Source: Macrostomum lignano (lineage: Eukaryota). Taken from it: a DNA stretch of 64,000 bases. The stretch lies in assembly GCA_002269645.1 (NCBI GenBank), contig NIVC01001788.1:38077-102076 (forward strand), in the 5' to 3' direction. The notes under the pieces were generated by a model that did not search any database, was not told the DNA's origin, and saw only the letters and a program-made list of their open reading frames with translations. Positions 13,012-27,172 of this stretch are shown in pieces. Made by a program: the position numbers and the translations under genes. The first letter of the stretch is position 1, and the number at the start of each line of letters is the position of its first letter.

Positions 13012-13289
13012 GTAAGCTTTTGAATAGACAAAATGCTTGGGCAAAAAGTTGCTAAGCTGAACTGATTCTCATAGATGAGGAAGGTTGACGTTTCTATCTG
13101 AGTGGAGACTGTTTCCCTATTCTTTTTCGGTTTTTTTTGCTGCTTCTAGAGTTGTAAGTGCCAGATTTTGTCTATTGCTTTTACCTGTCACAATACTGTC
13201 TAGAGAGTAGCTTGCATCTCACAGAGCGAGCAGGAATTCTCAGGTATAGATGGGGAGAGAGTGTCTCACAGAGAGGAATTCTCAGGAAT

Positions 13290-14170
13290 AGGTAGGGAAG
13301 AGAGTGTCTTACAGAAAGGGGAATTCTCAGGCACAGGTGATAGAGCAGCAGAAGGGGAATTCTCAGGCACAGGTGATAGAGCAGCAGAAGGGGAATTCTC
13401 AGGCACAGGTGATAGAGCAGTAGAGGGAATTCTCAGGCACAGGTGATAGAGCAGCAGAGGGAATTCTCAGGCACAGGTGATAGAGCAGCAGAAGGGGAAT
13501 TCTCAGGCACAGATGATAGAGCAGCATAAGGGGAATTCTCAGGCACAGGTGATAGAGCAGCAGAGGGGAATTCTCAGGCACAGGTGATAGAGCAGCATAA
13601 GGGGAATTCTCAGGCACAGGTGATAGAGCAGCAGAGGGGAATTCTCAGGCACAGGTGATAGAGCAGCATAAGGGGAATTCTCAGGCACAGGTGATAGAGC
13701 AGCAGAGGGGAATTCTCAGGCACAGGTGATAGAGCAGCAGAGGGGAATTCTCAGGCACAGGTGATAGAGCAGCATAAGGGGAATTCTCAGGCACAGGTGA
13801 TAGAGCAGCAGAGGGAAATTCTCAGGCACAGGTGATAGAGCAGCAGAGGGGAATTCTCAGGCACAGGTGATAGAGCAGCAGAGGGGAATTCTCAGGCACA
13901 GGTGATAGAGCAGTAGAGGGAAATTCTCAGGCACAGGTGATAGAGCAGTAGAGGGAATTCTCAGGCACAGGTGATAGAGCAGCATAAGGGGAATTCTCAG
14001 GCACAGGTGATAGAGCAGCAGAGGGGAATTCTCAGGCACAGGTGATAGAGCAGCAGAGGGGAATTCTCAGGCACAGGTGATAGAGCAGTAGAGGGAAATT
14101 CTCAGGCACAGGTGATAGAGCAGCAGAAGGGGAATTCTCAGGCACAGGTGATAGAGCAGCAGAGGGGAAT
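13290..14170. repeat. 33-35-bp minisatellite (ggaattctcaggcacaggtgatagagcagcagag)
   Basis: About 25 tandem units visible. Confidence 0.96.
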
Positions 14171-14295
14171 TAAGGTCAGGTGAGACAGTATTTAGCCCAG
14201 GCTAACGCAGGCGGGCGGATATGAGCAGGTTATCTGGGCATCTGATACGGAAAAACCGCAACCATTATTCTCTCTCTCTTTCCTGTCCCCTCCAG

Positions 14296-15012
14296 CCAGC
14301 CCGCCGCCCAGCCGGAACCCTGTCGAATTTGTCGCCAAAGTCTCTGGACGCCGCCGCTGTTAGCGGCGGTTCAAGCGGCGCCCAAAGCGACGGCGCCGCT
14401 TCGTCCGCCAGCCCGCCGCTGATGCCGCCGAAACGTCAGTGCCGGTCCCTGTCGCTGCGCGGCGGCCAAGCGCTGGTCCGCCCGGTGCCGCTCCGGCCGG
14501 CCTGCCAGCGGCTCGCCGCAGGCCTCGACGCCATCAGCCTTCGAGTCGACTCGCCGACTGCGGCCACCGCCGCCTCCTCTCGTCGTCGGCGAACCCCCAG
14601 CGGAAGCGGCGGCAGCGGTGTCGGAGACGTCATCGGCGGTGTCCGGCCCAGCGCGTCGGACACGCGGCTCAGCGAGTCCTCGGACGAAGCCTTGGCGGCG
14701 GCTGCGGCGGCCAGCGCCACGGCCCGGCTGCAGGCCGAACTGCATCCGCTGCCCAGCACCGGGCGCAGCTTCCTTGTTGGCCTGCCGCGCATCGCCGACA
14801 CGTCGCTGCCGGCAACGCCGACAACGCCGGCGTCCGGAGTCTGCGGCTTCGGCTTCGCTGCTGCCGGCAGCCGCGGTCGGGACTCGCCGACCTCCTGGTC
14901 GGATCGGGCACCGTCCGAGAGCAGCTGCGGCGCGGAAGACCCAGACGATGCCGAGGACAGAACAGGGGGAGGCGGCGAGCTCGATGTTGATGAAATTGAG
15001 CAGGACTTGTAG
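14296..15012 (+). CDS. FAM53/simplet-like low-complexity protein, terminal coding exon
   Basis: Strong pyrimidine tract and ccag acceptor at 14295. Motifs PPKRQCRSLS and C-terminal ELDVDEIEQ resemble FAM53 (PxKRxCRSLS ... ELD[IL]EQIE). GC-rich codon usage. Confidence 0.55.
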   Translation, partial: PARRPAGTLSNLSPKSLDAAAVSGGSSGAQSDGAASSASPPLMPPKRQCRSLSLRGGQALVRPVPLRPACQRLAAGLDAISLRVDSPTAATAASSRRRRTPSGSGGSGVGDVIGGVRPSASDTRLSESSDEALAAAAAASATARLQAELHPLPSTGRSFLVGLPRIADTSLPATPTTPASGVCGFGFAAAGSRGRDSPTSWSDRAPSESSCGAEDPDDAEDRTGGGGELDVDEIEQDL

Positions 15013-15199
15013 TGAGCTTGAGAGCTCGCCAAGCATCGGTCCTTCATCCCTCCTCAACTCCAGCCTCTGCGCTTCTTCAGCCTGTTCCGCTGCATTCCTT
15101 TGCTTGGACTTGGAGCCAGACCAAGAGCTCAGATACAATATGTTTATAAATAACTTGTCAGTATATTTTAGTGTAAAGTCGGCCTTGAAAAATTTCTAA

Positions 15200-15458
15200 A
15201 GTGACTTGCAGACTGCAAACGGCTTGCTATTGGTGCAGCCGTTAATGTACACCAGCCAGCATCGCTGAGAATGTACATGACAGGCAGCTTATAGGCTGGA
15301 ACACACCGAGAAAGGCAATAAAAAATTTGCTGTTGGGTGTGGGCAGAGATTTAAGCGATTGGAGTCAGAGAGCCTATAAATGAGTGTTGCCTTGAAAATA
15401 CATTTAAATGCTTCAATTTAACTTACTACTGAACTGTAAGTAGATTACACGCAAATGT
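15200..15458 (+). repeat. ~260-bp interspersed repeat, copy A
   Basis: Aligns by eye to 59150-59412 (agtgacttgcagac ... ctgagaatgtacatg ... ctactgaactgtaagtag ... acacgcaaatgt). Confidence 0.85.
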
Positions 15459-15714
15459 TCTGAGTGGCCCATCTTTAGTTATTATAATATAGTCATTACA
15501 GAAATCTGTAATTGCCAGTGTTGCTTTCTATTGTTGGCTATTTGTCCATAAAGTCTGTATTGCTGTTTATTGCTAGCATTCGATTTTACAGATGCTTTGC
15601 CTGCTCTGCCGGTTCTTCATTTGTTTGCCTGTTGTTTATGAGGAATTGAGGCGCTACTGTTTATGACTGCTGTTAGTAGCCATGACTGCTGTTTCAGAGC
15701 TTTTTTAGTTTTAA

Positions 15715-17115
<1,401 letters not shown>

Positions 17116-17726
17116 TGAATTCTAGTTGGAGAAACCAGCTAAACTTATCAACTGTTTCCATATTTGTTTTAGTTTGAAGATTTTTTTTAAATTCATATTT
17201 GCTTCACTCAGTTGGCAGTTTGCTGATACAGAATGCACTTTAATAACAAATTACCTGTGCACTGCGTCATCAGTTTTAGTCCGCTCAAAAGTTCAAGCTG
17301 CAAGTGTTCCAGTGTTAACTAAGATTACTCCTGTTGCATTTCAAAGCGACTGTCTGGTCTCTGCCCCCATCAATGTTGAACAATTATAAATAGCAGTAAC
17401 TATGCTTTCATGACTACTCACTCCAGTAGCATGACTCGGTAAATGCTTATTGTTTATTTGTTTCATTTATTTATTTCTAGTTATTTCCGGCTAATTTTCG
17501 TAATTTTTTATGACTATTTATATACTACTGACTACTGACTACTGTCATATTTGCCTATACAAGTCTGGCATAGTTATTGTCATAAACGGCAGGGTTAATT
17601 AGCAGATACTCTCTGATCTATTCGTAAATGGTGTTCCATGCAACTTTGCTGATTAAAACTGCACCCAGAGTAATCAACTTTGAGAAAATTATTTATCACC
17701 TTATTGACAGTCCTATCTTATGTACA

Positions 17727-20700
17727 TCCCTGAGAAATCGCCACTCTATATTACACACCCCTGAGAAATCGCCACTCTATATTACACAGTCCTGAGAAAT
17801 CGCCACTCTATATTACACACCCCTGAGAAATCGCCACTCTATATTACACAGTCCTGAGAAATCGCCACTCTATATTACACACCCCTGAGAAATCGCCACT
17901 CTATATTACACAGTCCTGAGAAATCGCCACTCTATATTACACAGTCCTGAGAAATCGCCACTCTATATTACACAGTCCTGAGAAATCGCCACTCTATATT
18001 ACACAGTCCTGAGAAATCGCCACTCTATATTACACAGTCCTGAGAAATCGCCACTCTATATTACACAGTCCTGAGAAATCGCCACTCTATATTACACACC
18101 CCTGAGAAATCGCCACTCTATATTACACACCCCTGAGAAATCGCCACTCTATATTACACAGTCCTGAGAAATCGCCACTCTATATTACACACCTGAGAAA
18201 TCGCCACTCTATATTACACACCTGAGAAATCGCCACTCTATATTACACAGTCCTGAGAAATCGCCACTCTATATTACACAGTCCTGAGAAATCGCCACTC
18301 TATATTACACACCCCTGAGAAATCGCCACTCTATATTACACAGTCCTGAGAAATCGCCACTCTATATTACACACCCCTGAGAAATCGCCACTCTATATTA
18401 CACAGTCCTGAGAAATCGCCACTCTATATTACACACCCCTGAGAAATCGCCACTCTATATTACACACCCCTGAGAAATCGCCACTCTATATTACACAGTC
18501 CTGAGAAATCGCCACTCTATATTACACAGTCCTGAGAAATCGCCACTCTATATTACACACCCCTGAGAAATCGCCACTCTATATTACACACCCCTGAGAA
18601 ATCGCCACTCTATATTACACAGTCCTGAGAAATCGCCACTCTATATTACACACCCCTGAGAAATCGCCACTCTATATTACACACGCCCTGAGAAATCGCC
18701 ACTCTATATTACACACCCCTGAGAAATCGCCACTCTATATTACACACCCCTGAGAAATCGCCACTCTATATTACACAGTCCTGAGAAATCGCCACTCTAT
18801 ATTACACACCCCTGAGAAATCGCCACTCTATATTACACACCCCTGAGAAATCGCCACTCTATATTACACAGTCCTGAGAAATCGCCACTCTATATTACAC
18901 ACCTGAGAAATCGCCACTCTATATTACACACCTGAGAAATCGCCACTCTATATTACACACCTGAGAAATCGCCACTCTATATTACACACCTGAGAAATCG
19001 CCACTCTATATTACACACCCCTGAGAAATCGCCACTCTATATTACACACCCCTGAGAAATCGCCACTCTATATTACACACCCTGAGAAATCGCCACTCTA
19101 TATTACACACCCTGAGAAATCGCCACTCTATATTACACACCCCTGAGAAATCGCCACTCTATATTACACACCCCTGAGAAATCGCCACTCTATATTACAC
19201 ACCCTGAGAAATCGCCACTCTATATTACACAGTCCTGAGAAATCGCCACTCTATATTACACACCTGAGAAATCGCCACTCTATATTACACACCCCTGAGA
19301 AATCGCCACTCTATATTACACACCCCTGAGAAATCGCCACTCTATATTACACACCCTGAGAAATCGCCACTCTATATTACACACCCCTGAGAAATCGCCA
19401 CTCTATATTACACACCCCTGAGAAATCGCCACTCTATATTACACACCCCTGAGAAATCGCCACTCTATATTACACACCCCTGAGAAATCGCCACTCTATA
19501 TTACACACCCCTGAGAAATCGCCACTCTATATTACACACCCCTGAGAAATCGCCACTCTATATTACACACCCCTGAGAAATCGCCACTCTATATTACACA
19601 CCCCTGAGAAATCGCCACTCTATATTACACACCCCTGAGAAATCGCCACTCTATATTACACACCCCTGAGAAATCGCCACTCTATATTACACACCCCTGA
19701 GAAATCGCCACTCTATATTACACACCCCTGAGAAATCGCCACTCTATATTACACACCCTGAGAAATCGCCACTCTATATTACACACCCCTGAGAAATCGC
19801 CACTCTATATTACACACCCCTGAGAAATCGCCACTCTATATTACACACCCCTGAGAAATCGCCACTCTATATTACACACCCCTGAGAAATCGCCACTCTA
19901 TATTACACACCCCTGAGAAATCGCCACTCTATATTACACACCCCTGAGAAATCGCCACTCTATATTACACACCCCTGAGAAATCGCCACTCTATATTACA
20001 CACCCCTGAGAAATCGCCACTCTATATTACACACCCCTGAGAAATCGCCACTCTATATTACACACCCCTGAGAAATCGCCACTCTATATTACACACCCCT
20101 GAGAAATCGCCACTCTATATTACACACCCCTGAGAAATCGCCACTCTATATTACACACCCTGAGAAATCGCCACTCTATATTACACACCCCTGAGAAATC
20201 GCCACTCTATATTACACACCCCTGAGAAATCGCCACTCTATATTACACACCCCTGAGAAATCGCCACTCTATATTACACACCCCTGAGAAATCGCCACTC
20301 TATATTACACACCCCTGAGAAATCGCCACTCTATATTACACACCCCTGAGAAATCGCCACTCTATATTACACACCCCTGAGAAATCGCCACTCTATATTA
20401 CACACCCCTGAGAAATCGCCACTCTATATTACACACCCCTGAGAAATCGCCACTCTATATTACACACCCTGAGAAATCGCCACTCTATATTACACACCCC
20501 TGAGAAATCGCCACTCTATATTACACACCCTGAGAAATCGCCACTCTATATTACACACCCCTGAGAAATCGCCACTCTATATTACACACCCCTGAGAAAT
20601 CGCCACTCTATATTACACACCCCTGAGAAATCGCCACTCTATATTACACACCCCTGAGAAATCGCCACTCTATATTACACACCCCTGAGAAATCGCCACT

Positions 20701-21217
20701 CTATATTACACACCCCTGAGAAATCGCCACTCTATATTACACACCCTGAGAAATCGCCACTCTATATTACACACCCCTGAGAAATCGCCACTCTATATTA
20801 CACACCCCTGAGAAATCGCCACTCTATATTACACACCCTGAGAAATCGCCACTCTATTACACACCCCTGAGAAATCGCCACTCTATATTACACGCCCTGA
20901 GAAATCGCCACTCTATATTACACACCCCTGAGAACTCTGAGAAATCGCCACTCTATATTACACACCCCTGAGAAATCGCCACTCTATATTACACACCCTG
21001 AGAAATCGCCACTCTATATTACACACCCCTGAGAAATCGCCACTCTATATTACACACCCTGAGAAATCGCCACTCTATATTACACACCCTGAGAAATCGC
21101 CACTCTATATTACACATGAGAAATCGCCACTCTATATTACACACCCTGAGAAATCGCCACTCTATATTACACACCCCTGAGAAATCGCCACTCTATATTA
21201 CACACCCCTGAGAAATC
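17727..21217. repeat. ~3.5-kb 31-bp satellite (cctgagaaatcgccactctatattacacacc)
   Basis: More than 100 near-identical head-to-tail units with no spacers. Confidence 0.98.
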
Positions 21218-22324
21218 TATATTCAAGTCTGGAAAATAAACCTTTTACCTAAGGGTATTTACAAGCAACCGCCTCAACTACATAAAGCAATTCTTGTAAA
21301 GCTATTGGCAGTTTGCACGAAGTCACTCTTTAGAAAATACACGATGTTAAAACGCTTTTGTTATCTTTTAATTTTTTCTCTGTTTGATTTGACTGCAAAA
21401 AAATTGCGTTTAGACTCTGATGAAGACTTTGATTCTAGCAACTGGCAGGTCAAGTGGCTTGGCAGTGGCTTGGCATTGTTGTTGCGCAATTTTCTAGGAA
21501 AGACAATAATTGTCAGTCTGATGTTGAATTCGAGATAATAATAATAACGGCAGGTATGAGAGGCTCGGAGGCAGATGGTCACCCTTTTGACCACTTGTTA
21601 TTGGTTGTCAAGCGGATTCTGCTCAAGGTGTGCAATTAGCGCAGTTTAGTGGGCACCTGAGCTCTGGCTCAGATTTTTTCTTGTTTCCGATTATTCGATA
21701 GAGAGAGAGACTTTCACCATTCCTCACGAAAAAATCTGAGAATGATAACTCGTGCTCCCCTGCTGAGTTCAAACCTGACTCGCCTCATCCACTGCTCAAC
21801 CCCTAGCGAGTCTCCATGCTGCTCAATAGGAGGTCTGTCTTTTGCAATCGACTTTTCTTGTAGGTTTTTTAGGAAAGTCGATCGTTTTAAGATCGTGTTA
21901 AACGATGCCCCGAGGCTGTGGCGCAGCCAAGGTAATAAAAGGCATCGGACTGGAAAATAACTAAATTGATGGGCAAGTCGGCTTAGGGACTGGCTGACTG
22001 GGAAAAGGGAAACGAATAGTAAGAATTAAATTACAGTCCCGCAGACTGTGACATTACTTCTGTGCCGCGTGACTGCATTTCTATGGCTAAAACTGTTAAA
22101 TAATGGAACTGCTAAAGCTAAGCTAGCATTCTTATTCTTGATAGTTTTTACCCTTTGGTGGCATTTTGGTGTCACCTCATGCGTATAAGCTTGTACATGT
22201 ACGTGTTCTCGAGATGTACAGGATAATAAAAGCCTACGAGCTGATTGTACGCTCATACCAACTGACATTCAATGGTGCAGCATTGAAGCATTTTTTGTTG
22301 AGTGGCGCCATTGTGTGATGCTTT

Positions 22325-22632
22325 TGCCTGGCAAGGGGCGCCAGCACCAAGGGGCGCCAGCACCAAGGGGCGCCAGCACCAAGGGGCGCCAGCACCAAGG
22401 GGCGCCAGCACCAAGGGGCGCCAGCACCAAGGGGCGCCAGCACCAAGGGGCGCCAGCACCAAGGGGCGCCAGCACCAAGGGGCGCCAGCACCAAGGGGCG
22501 CCAGCACCAAGGGGCGCCAGCACCAAGGGGCGCCAGCACCAAGGGGCGCCAGCACCAAGGGGCGCCAGCACCAAGGGGCGCCAGCACCAAGGGGCGCCAG
22601 CACCAAGGGACGCCAGCACCAAAGGGGCGCCA
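22325..22632. repeat. 16-bp minisatellite (gccagcaccaaggggc)
   Basis: About 19 tandem units. Confidence 0.96.
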
Positions 22633-23044
22633 AAATTTTTAATCGGCCCATTGCTTGAGGCGGAGATGCCCAATTTTCAAATTGTTTATCGAAGCTGAAT
22701 ACGAAAATGTATGCAAAAGAGTTCAGCAGACACTTGCCGCGCGCGCGCATGTCATCACATCATTCCCGATGTGCACCATATAGTGAGAGCCATTTGTCAG
22801 GACTGTCAAAAAATTCCACACAAACCTGCTGTTTTTCACCGCTCCGTTGCGTTTCAACTTGAATCACATAAAAAGGTGTTAAACTTATGCAGCCCATGCT
22901 GTTGGTTTATGCTTGTCTGGTTCTGACACGCCTTAGTGCAGATCTTTTGAATTTATTAATTTATTCTGCTATTTTGTTCCAGTTTTTATTTAATTTAGCA
23001 TATCTTGCATTTAGGAATTTCTTTGAAAAACTATTGTACATGTA

Positions 23045-23295
23045 CCTGAGCAGCTCACTCAGTGACCCGGGTGAGGATAGCTGAGCAGCTCACTCATTGA
23101 CCCGGGTGAGGATAGCTGAGCAGCTCACTCATTGACCCGGGTGAGGATAGCTGAGCAGCTCACTCATTGACCCGGGTGAGGATAGCTGAGCAGCTCACTC
23201 ATTGACCCGGGTGAGGATAGCTGAGCAGCTCACTCATTGACCCGGGTGAGGATAGCTGAGCAGCTCACTCAATGACCCGGGAGTCAGTAGCTGAG
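23045..23295. repeat. 35-bp minisatellite (gacccgggtgaggatagctgagcagctcactcatt), array A
   Basis: About 7 units; same family as 26610-27172. Confidence 0.93.
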
Positions 23296-24116
23296 TACCT
23301 ACCCTCTCCTACTGTCTTAATTCTTGTCTCAACTTTCTAGAAAAAATCGGCCTTCAAAAATCCCCTAACGTTTCACGAGTGCTTTGGCTCTCTTTTCATT
23401 GCCCATTTTACTAGCAAAATATGAGCGCGGACTTCAGGCTCCGTTGAATCGATATCCATCCCTTCTTCACGGTGTCTAGCAATTATGTCATCAACAGTTG
23501 TCGTACAAGAGGCTCGAACCTGATCCCTTTTGAAATTGAGTTGGCGAGTGGCGAACCCTGTGTTGTGGCGTGATCTCTTGAACCTCATCTAACAACAGCT
23601 CTGATAAGCAAAAGTGACATTCGATATAGATAAAACGGACAAATCACTCAATTATGTCATTGATAGTGTGCTCATGTTCTGTATTTTATACTCAATCATG
23701 ACGTCATCTGTATGGGCACTTTTTATCTTTTGTCTCAGCTTCCGCTTTTGCGTTCCCTTGTGTAAACAAGCTTCTCAAATTACTTTCTTGAACAACTGTT
23801 GACTCAAGCAGATAAAGCGATTAGTTATTTTAAACACATTTGAAAGTAATTGAGTTGGTCAGAATAGTTTATTATTAGCAAATAAGTATACTAGTAAGTT
23901 TTTTGGATATTTACAGAATAGCATTGAACAAACACGCAATTGATAGACATGCAAATCTCTACAACGGTGTGTATAGCAAGCATTAATTTAATGTACATTT
24001 GAATGTCAAAACTATTTATTTACAGGCTTATCACAGACGTCGCTTTCAACGCAAAAAAATAACTTCGCTACAAAACAATGATTGAGATTAAACGAGTAGA
24101 GAGATAGAGTTGCCTT

Positions 24117-24581
24117 CTACCAGGGTCGCCAGATCGAACCTTGACAGTTGTGGGACTGCGCCTGCTGCGGATGTTGATGCTGCTGTGATGCAGCCGCTGG
24201 TTGACGGTTGCCAACATCAGCCAAAGCTGGTCGCTGCTGCTTCTGCTGCTGTTGCTGCTGCTGCTGCCCAGTCCTGGCTCCCAGGTAAGCCAGCGTCATC
24301 TCCAAGATGTCCAGCTTCTCCAGCTTCTGCGCCTGAGCTGGCGACATGTCTCGGCCTAGTTCGCTTGCTAGCAGCACAGTCTTGAGCTGCTCCAGGCAGT
24401 CGTTGATCCTCGCTCGCCGTTTGCGCTCCATCAGCTGTTTGGCCAATCGCCGATCCCCAATCTGTGAGTCCTCTGTAGCAGCTGCGAGAGAGTGCAGCAT
24501 GTCTGCTGACTCCTTTTCTGCTTTTCGACTGCGAAGATTGCTCCGATGCGATTTCTGCTTCTGCTGTTGCTGCTGTTGCAT
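24117..24581 (-). CDS. Hes/hairy/E(spl)-family bHLH repressor with C-terminal WRPW (154 aa, intronless)
   Basis: bHLH RRLAKQLMERKRRARINDCLEQLKTVLL..KLEKLDILEMTLAYL and terminal WRPW Groucho-binding motif. Confidence 0.93.
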   Translation of the reverse strand: MQQQQQQKQKSHRSNLRSRKAEKESADMLHSLAAATEDSQIGDRRLAKQLMERKRRARINDCLEQLKTVLLASELGRDMSPAQAQKLEKLDILEMTLAYLGARTGQQQQQQQQKQQRPALADVGNRQPAAASQQHQHPQQAQSHNCQGSIWRPW

Positions 24582-24664
24582 GATGTAGTAATTTAATAAA
24601 GAACAATAAGTATTATAGAATATAGAAGTTTTTCAAGATTTATCCAAGTCTTTTGATTTGGAGT

Positions 24665-24885
24665 GTTCTATATATAGCATCGGACCCACTCCAGGCCCCA
24701 ACCCCCCGCCCTCCCACCCAACCCAGCGGGGGTCCGCATTCTTTGGCGCGAGTTTTGCCACCCCCCACTCTCTCTCTCGCCAATAGCAGCCAATAGGAAT
24801 CGAGGAGACGAATTGGCCCCACCGCGGCTCCGCGCGCCAGTTGCGTCACACTGCCACCGGCAGGCAAGACAGAAACACGCGCGGT
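24665..24885 (-). promoter_or_regulatory. Candidate Hes promoter
   Basis: TATATATAG on the minus strand at ~24668-24677, about 90 nt upstream of the ATG. CCAAT boxes near 24780-24797 and a CACGCG class-C site at 24876-24881. Confidence 0.45.
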
Positions 24886-25419
24886 TCTCCATTCCACTAA
24901 CTCTCTTGCCTATAATCCCTATTTCTATTCTCTTCCCAAGCCTCGAGGCAAATCCAATGATGACATCGGGGTTCAGCGTCAGCTCCTGCAAACACCTATG
25001 TTATACATTTTCACCTATTATTATATACTGTTTGACTTGACTTGGGTGTCATCGACCGGACAGGAAGGGAATGAGAAATTAACACTTGAGGGATTAAAAC
25101 TGGCCCTGCAAGAATTAAGAGACAGGGTTTGTCTCATCAGACAGGCGAAACAATGCGAGGACCGGATCGTAGCGCGCGTTTTTTATCCCAAAATTGATGG
25201 CCTTCAGTCAGAGCTGCTATACTTCTCTTAAATGCCCCCACCCACCCACGTCTCACAGTGGTCCCGCTGTGAGCAGGGTAATTGTTGGCCCTGCTTAAGT
25301 GATTCCTTTCTTGGATATTTTGTTAGTTCAATCGATTCTCGTTGAAATTCAATTGTAAACACTTGGAGCTTCATGGTAGAACTTGGCCATTGGGTGTTTT
25401 AACATCCATGACTTAGATT

Positions 25420-26100
25420 CTTGTGTCTCAGCTATGACCCATCGGATTATTTTGTCTCAGTTATGACCCATTGGATTATTGTGTCTCAACTATGACCCAT
25501 CGGATTATTGTGTCTCAGCTATGACCCATTGGATTATTGTGTCTCAACTATGACCCATCGGATTATTGTGTCTCAGCTATGACCCATCGGATTATTGTGT
25601 CTCAGCTATGACCCATCGGATTATTTTGTCTCAGCTATGACCCATTGGATTATTGTGTCTCAGCTATGACCCATCGGATTATTTTGTCTCAGCTATGACC
25701 CATTGGATTATTGTGTCTCAACTATGACCCATCGGATTATTGTGTCTCAGCTATGACCCATCGGATTATTGTGTCTCAGCTATGACCCATCGGATTATTG
25801 TGTCTCATCTATGACCCATCGGATTATTGTGTCTCAGCTATGACCCATCGGATTATTGTGTCTCAGCTATGACCCATCGGATTATTGTGTCTCATCTATG
25901 ACCCTTTGGATTATTGTGTCTCATCTATGACCCATCGGATTATTGTGTCTCATCTATGACCCATCGGATTCTTGTGTCTTAACTATGACCCTTTGGATTA
26001 TTGTCTCAACTATGACCCTTTGGATTATTGTGTCTCAACTATGACCCATTGAAATATTGAGTCTCATCTATGATCCATTTTACTCTTGAGTCTCATATAT
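25420..26100. repeat. 29-bp minisatellite (tgtgtctcagctatgacccatcggattat)
   Basis: About 23 tandem units. Confidence 0.95.
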
Positions 26101-26609
26101 GAGCGACCTAAGGTTCTGCAGTTTATAATTTAATTTAGTATGACAAGTTTCGACTGGAAATCTCAGTATTATCACTCGTAATAATCTCAGAACTAACAAA
26201 TAATAGTAATAATAATAATAATAAAAATGCGCTAAAACCTTTGACATGGCGCGTTTACTTACAACAAATTTTCACAGGGAACCCGGCTCGTTGGCGGCTA
26301 GCTTTGATTTCAGCAGCTAATTGTTCCTAAATATCTAGAATGGCTGCAATATTTAATCGCGCGATCAACGCATTTAGCCTAACTTATGCTCAGCGGGGGG
26401 GCGGGGGGTTGCATGGCTGATGGCTGTTACGAGCTATCAACAGGCGCCGCGTCTCTTTGATGATGCCGACGCCAAAACCAACTCTTTTACTTAAAGTTGA
26501 TTCTGTTTAATATCGGATTTTTGGTGGCACGATGACGCTTGGAGGGAAAACATCAAAGGAGTTGTTTTGCAGAGTAATAAACAGCCCCCACTGATGGCTC
26601 TATGACAGA

Positions 26610-27172
26610 GTGACCCGGTAGAGGGTAGCTGAGCAGCTCACTCAATAACCCGGGAGAGGGTAGCTGAGCAGCTCACTCAATGACCCGGGAGAGGGTAGCT
26701 GAGCAGCTCACTCAGTGACCCGGGAGTCAGTAGCTAAGCAGCTCACTCAGTGACCCGGTAGAGGGTAGCTGAGCAGCTCACTCAATAACCCGGGAGAGGG
26801 TAGCTGAGCAGCTCACTCAATGACCCGGGAGAGGGTAGCTGAGCAGCTCACTCAATAACCCGGGAGAGGGTAGCTGAGCAGCTCACTCAATGACCCGGAA
26901 GAGGGTAGCTGAGCAGCTCACTCAATGACCCGGGAGTCAGTAGCTGAGCAGCTCACTCAATGACCCGGGAGAGGGTAGCTGAGCAGCTCACTCAATAACC
27001 CGGGAGAGGGTAGCTGAGCAGCTCACTCAATGACCCGGAAGAGGGTAGCTGAGCAGCTCACTCAATGACCCGGGAGTCAGTAGCTGAGCAGCTCACTCAA
27101 TGACCCGGGAGTCAGCAGCTGAGCAGCTCACTCAATGACCCGGGAGAGGGTAGCTGAGCAGCTCACTCAATA
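26610..27172. repeat. 35-bp minisatellite (gacccgggagagggtagctgagcagctcactcaat), array B
   Basis: About 16 units; same family and orientation as 23045-23295. Confidence 0.94.

Noticed and set aside
14371-15199. Overlapping antisense and alternate-frame ORFs over GC-rich exons (also around RPLP1, Hes, PPOX and ENaC)
   Set aside because: Expected shadows of GC-rich coding sequence with few stops; no motifs.
17727-21217. CRISPR-like regular 29-35-bp repeats here and at 23045, 26610 and 31943
   Set aside because: Units are head-to-tail with no unique spacers, there are no cas genes, and the context is eukaryotic.
23373-23588. 71-aa minus-strand ORF downstream of Hes
   Set aside because: No motif or splice evidence; its length is within chance expectation.
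24700-25000. Paired Su(H)/CSL sites in the Hes promoter
   Set aside because: No convincing GTGGGAA/TTCCCAC match was seen; only a partial ttcccaag.
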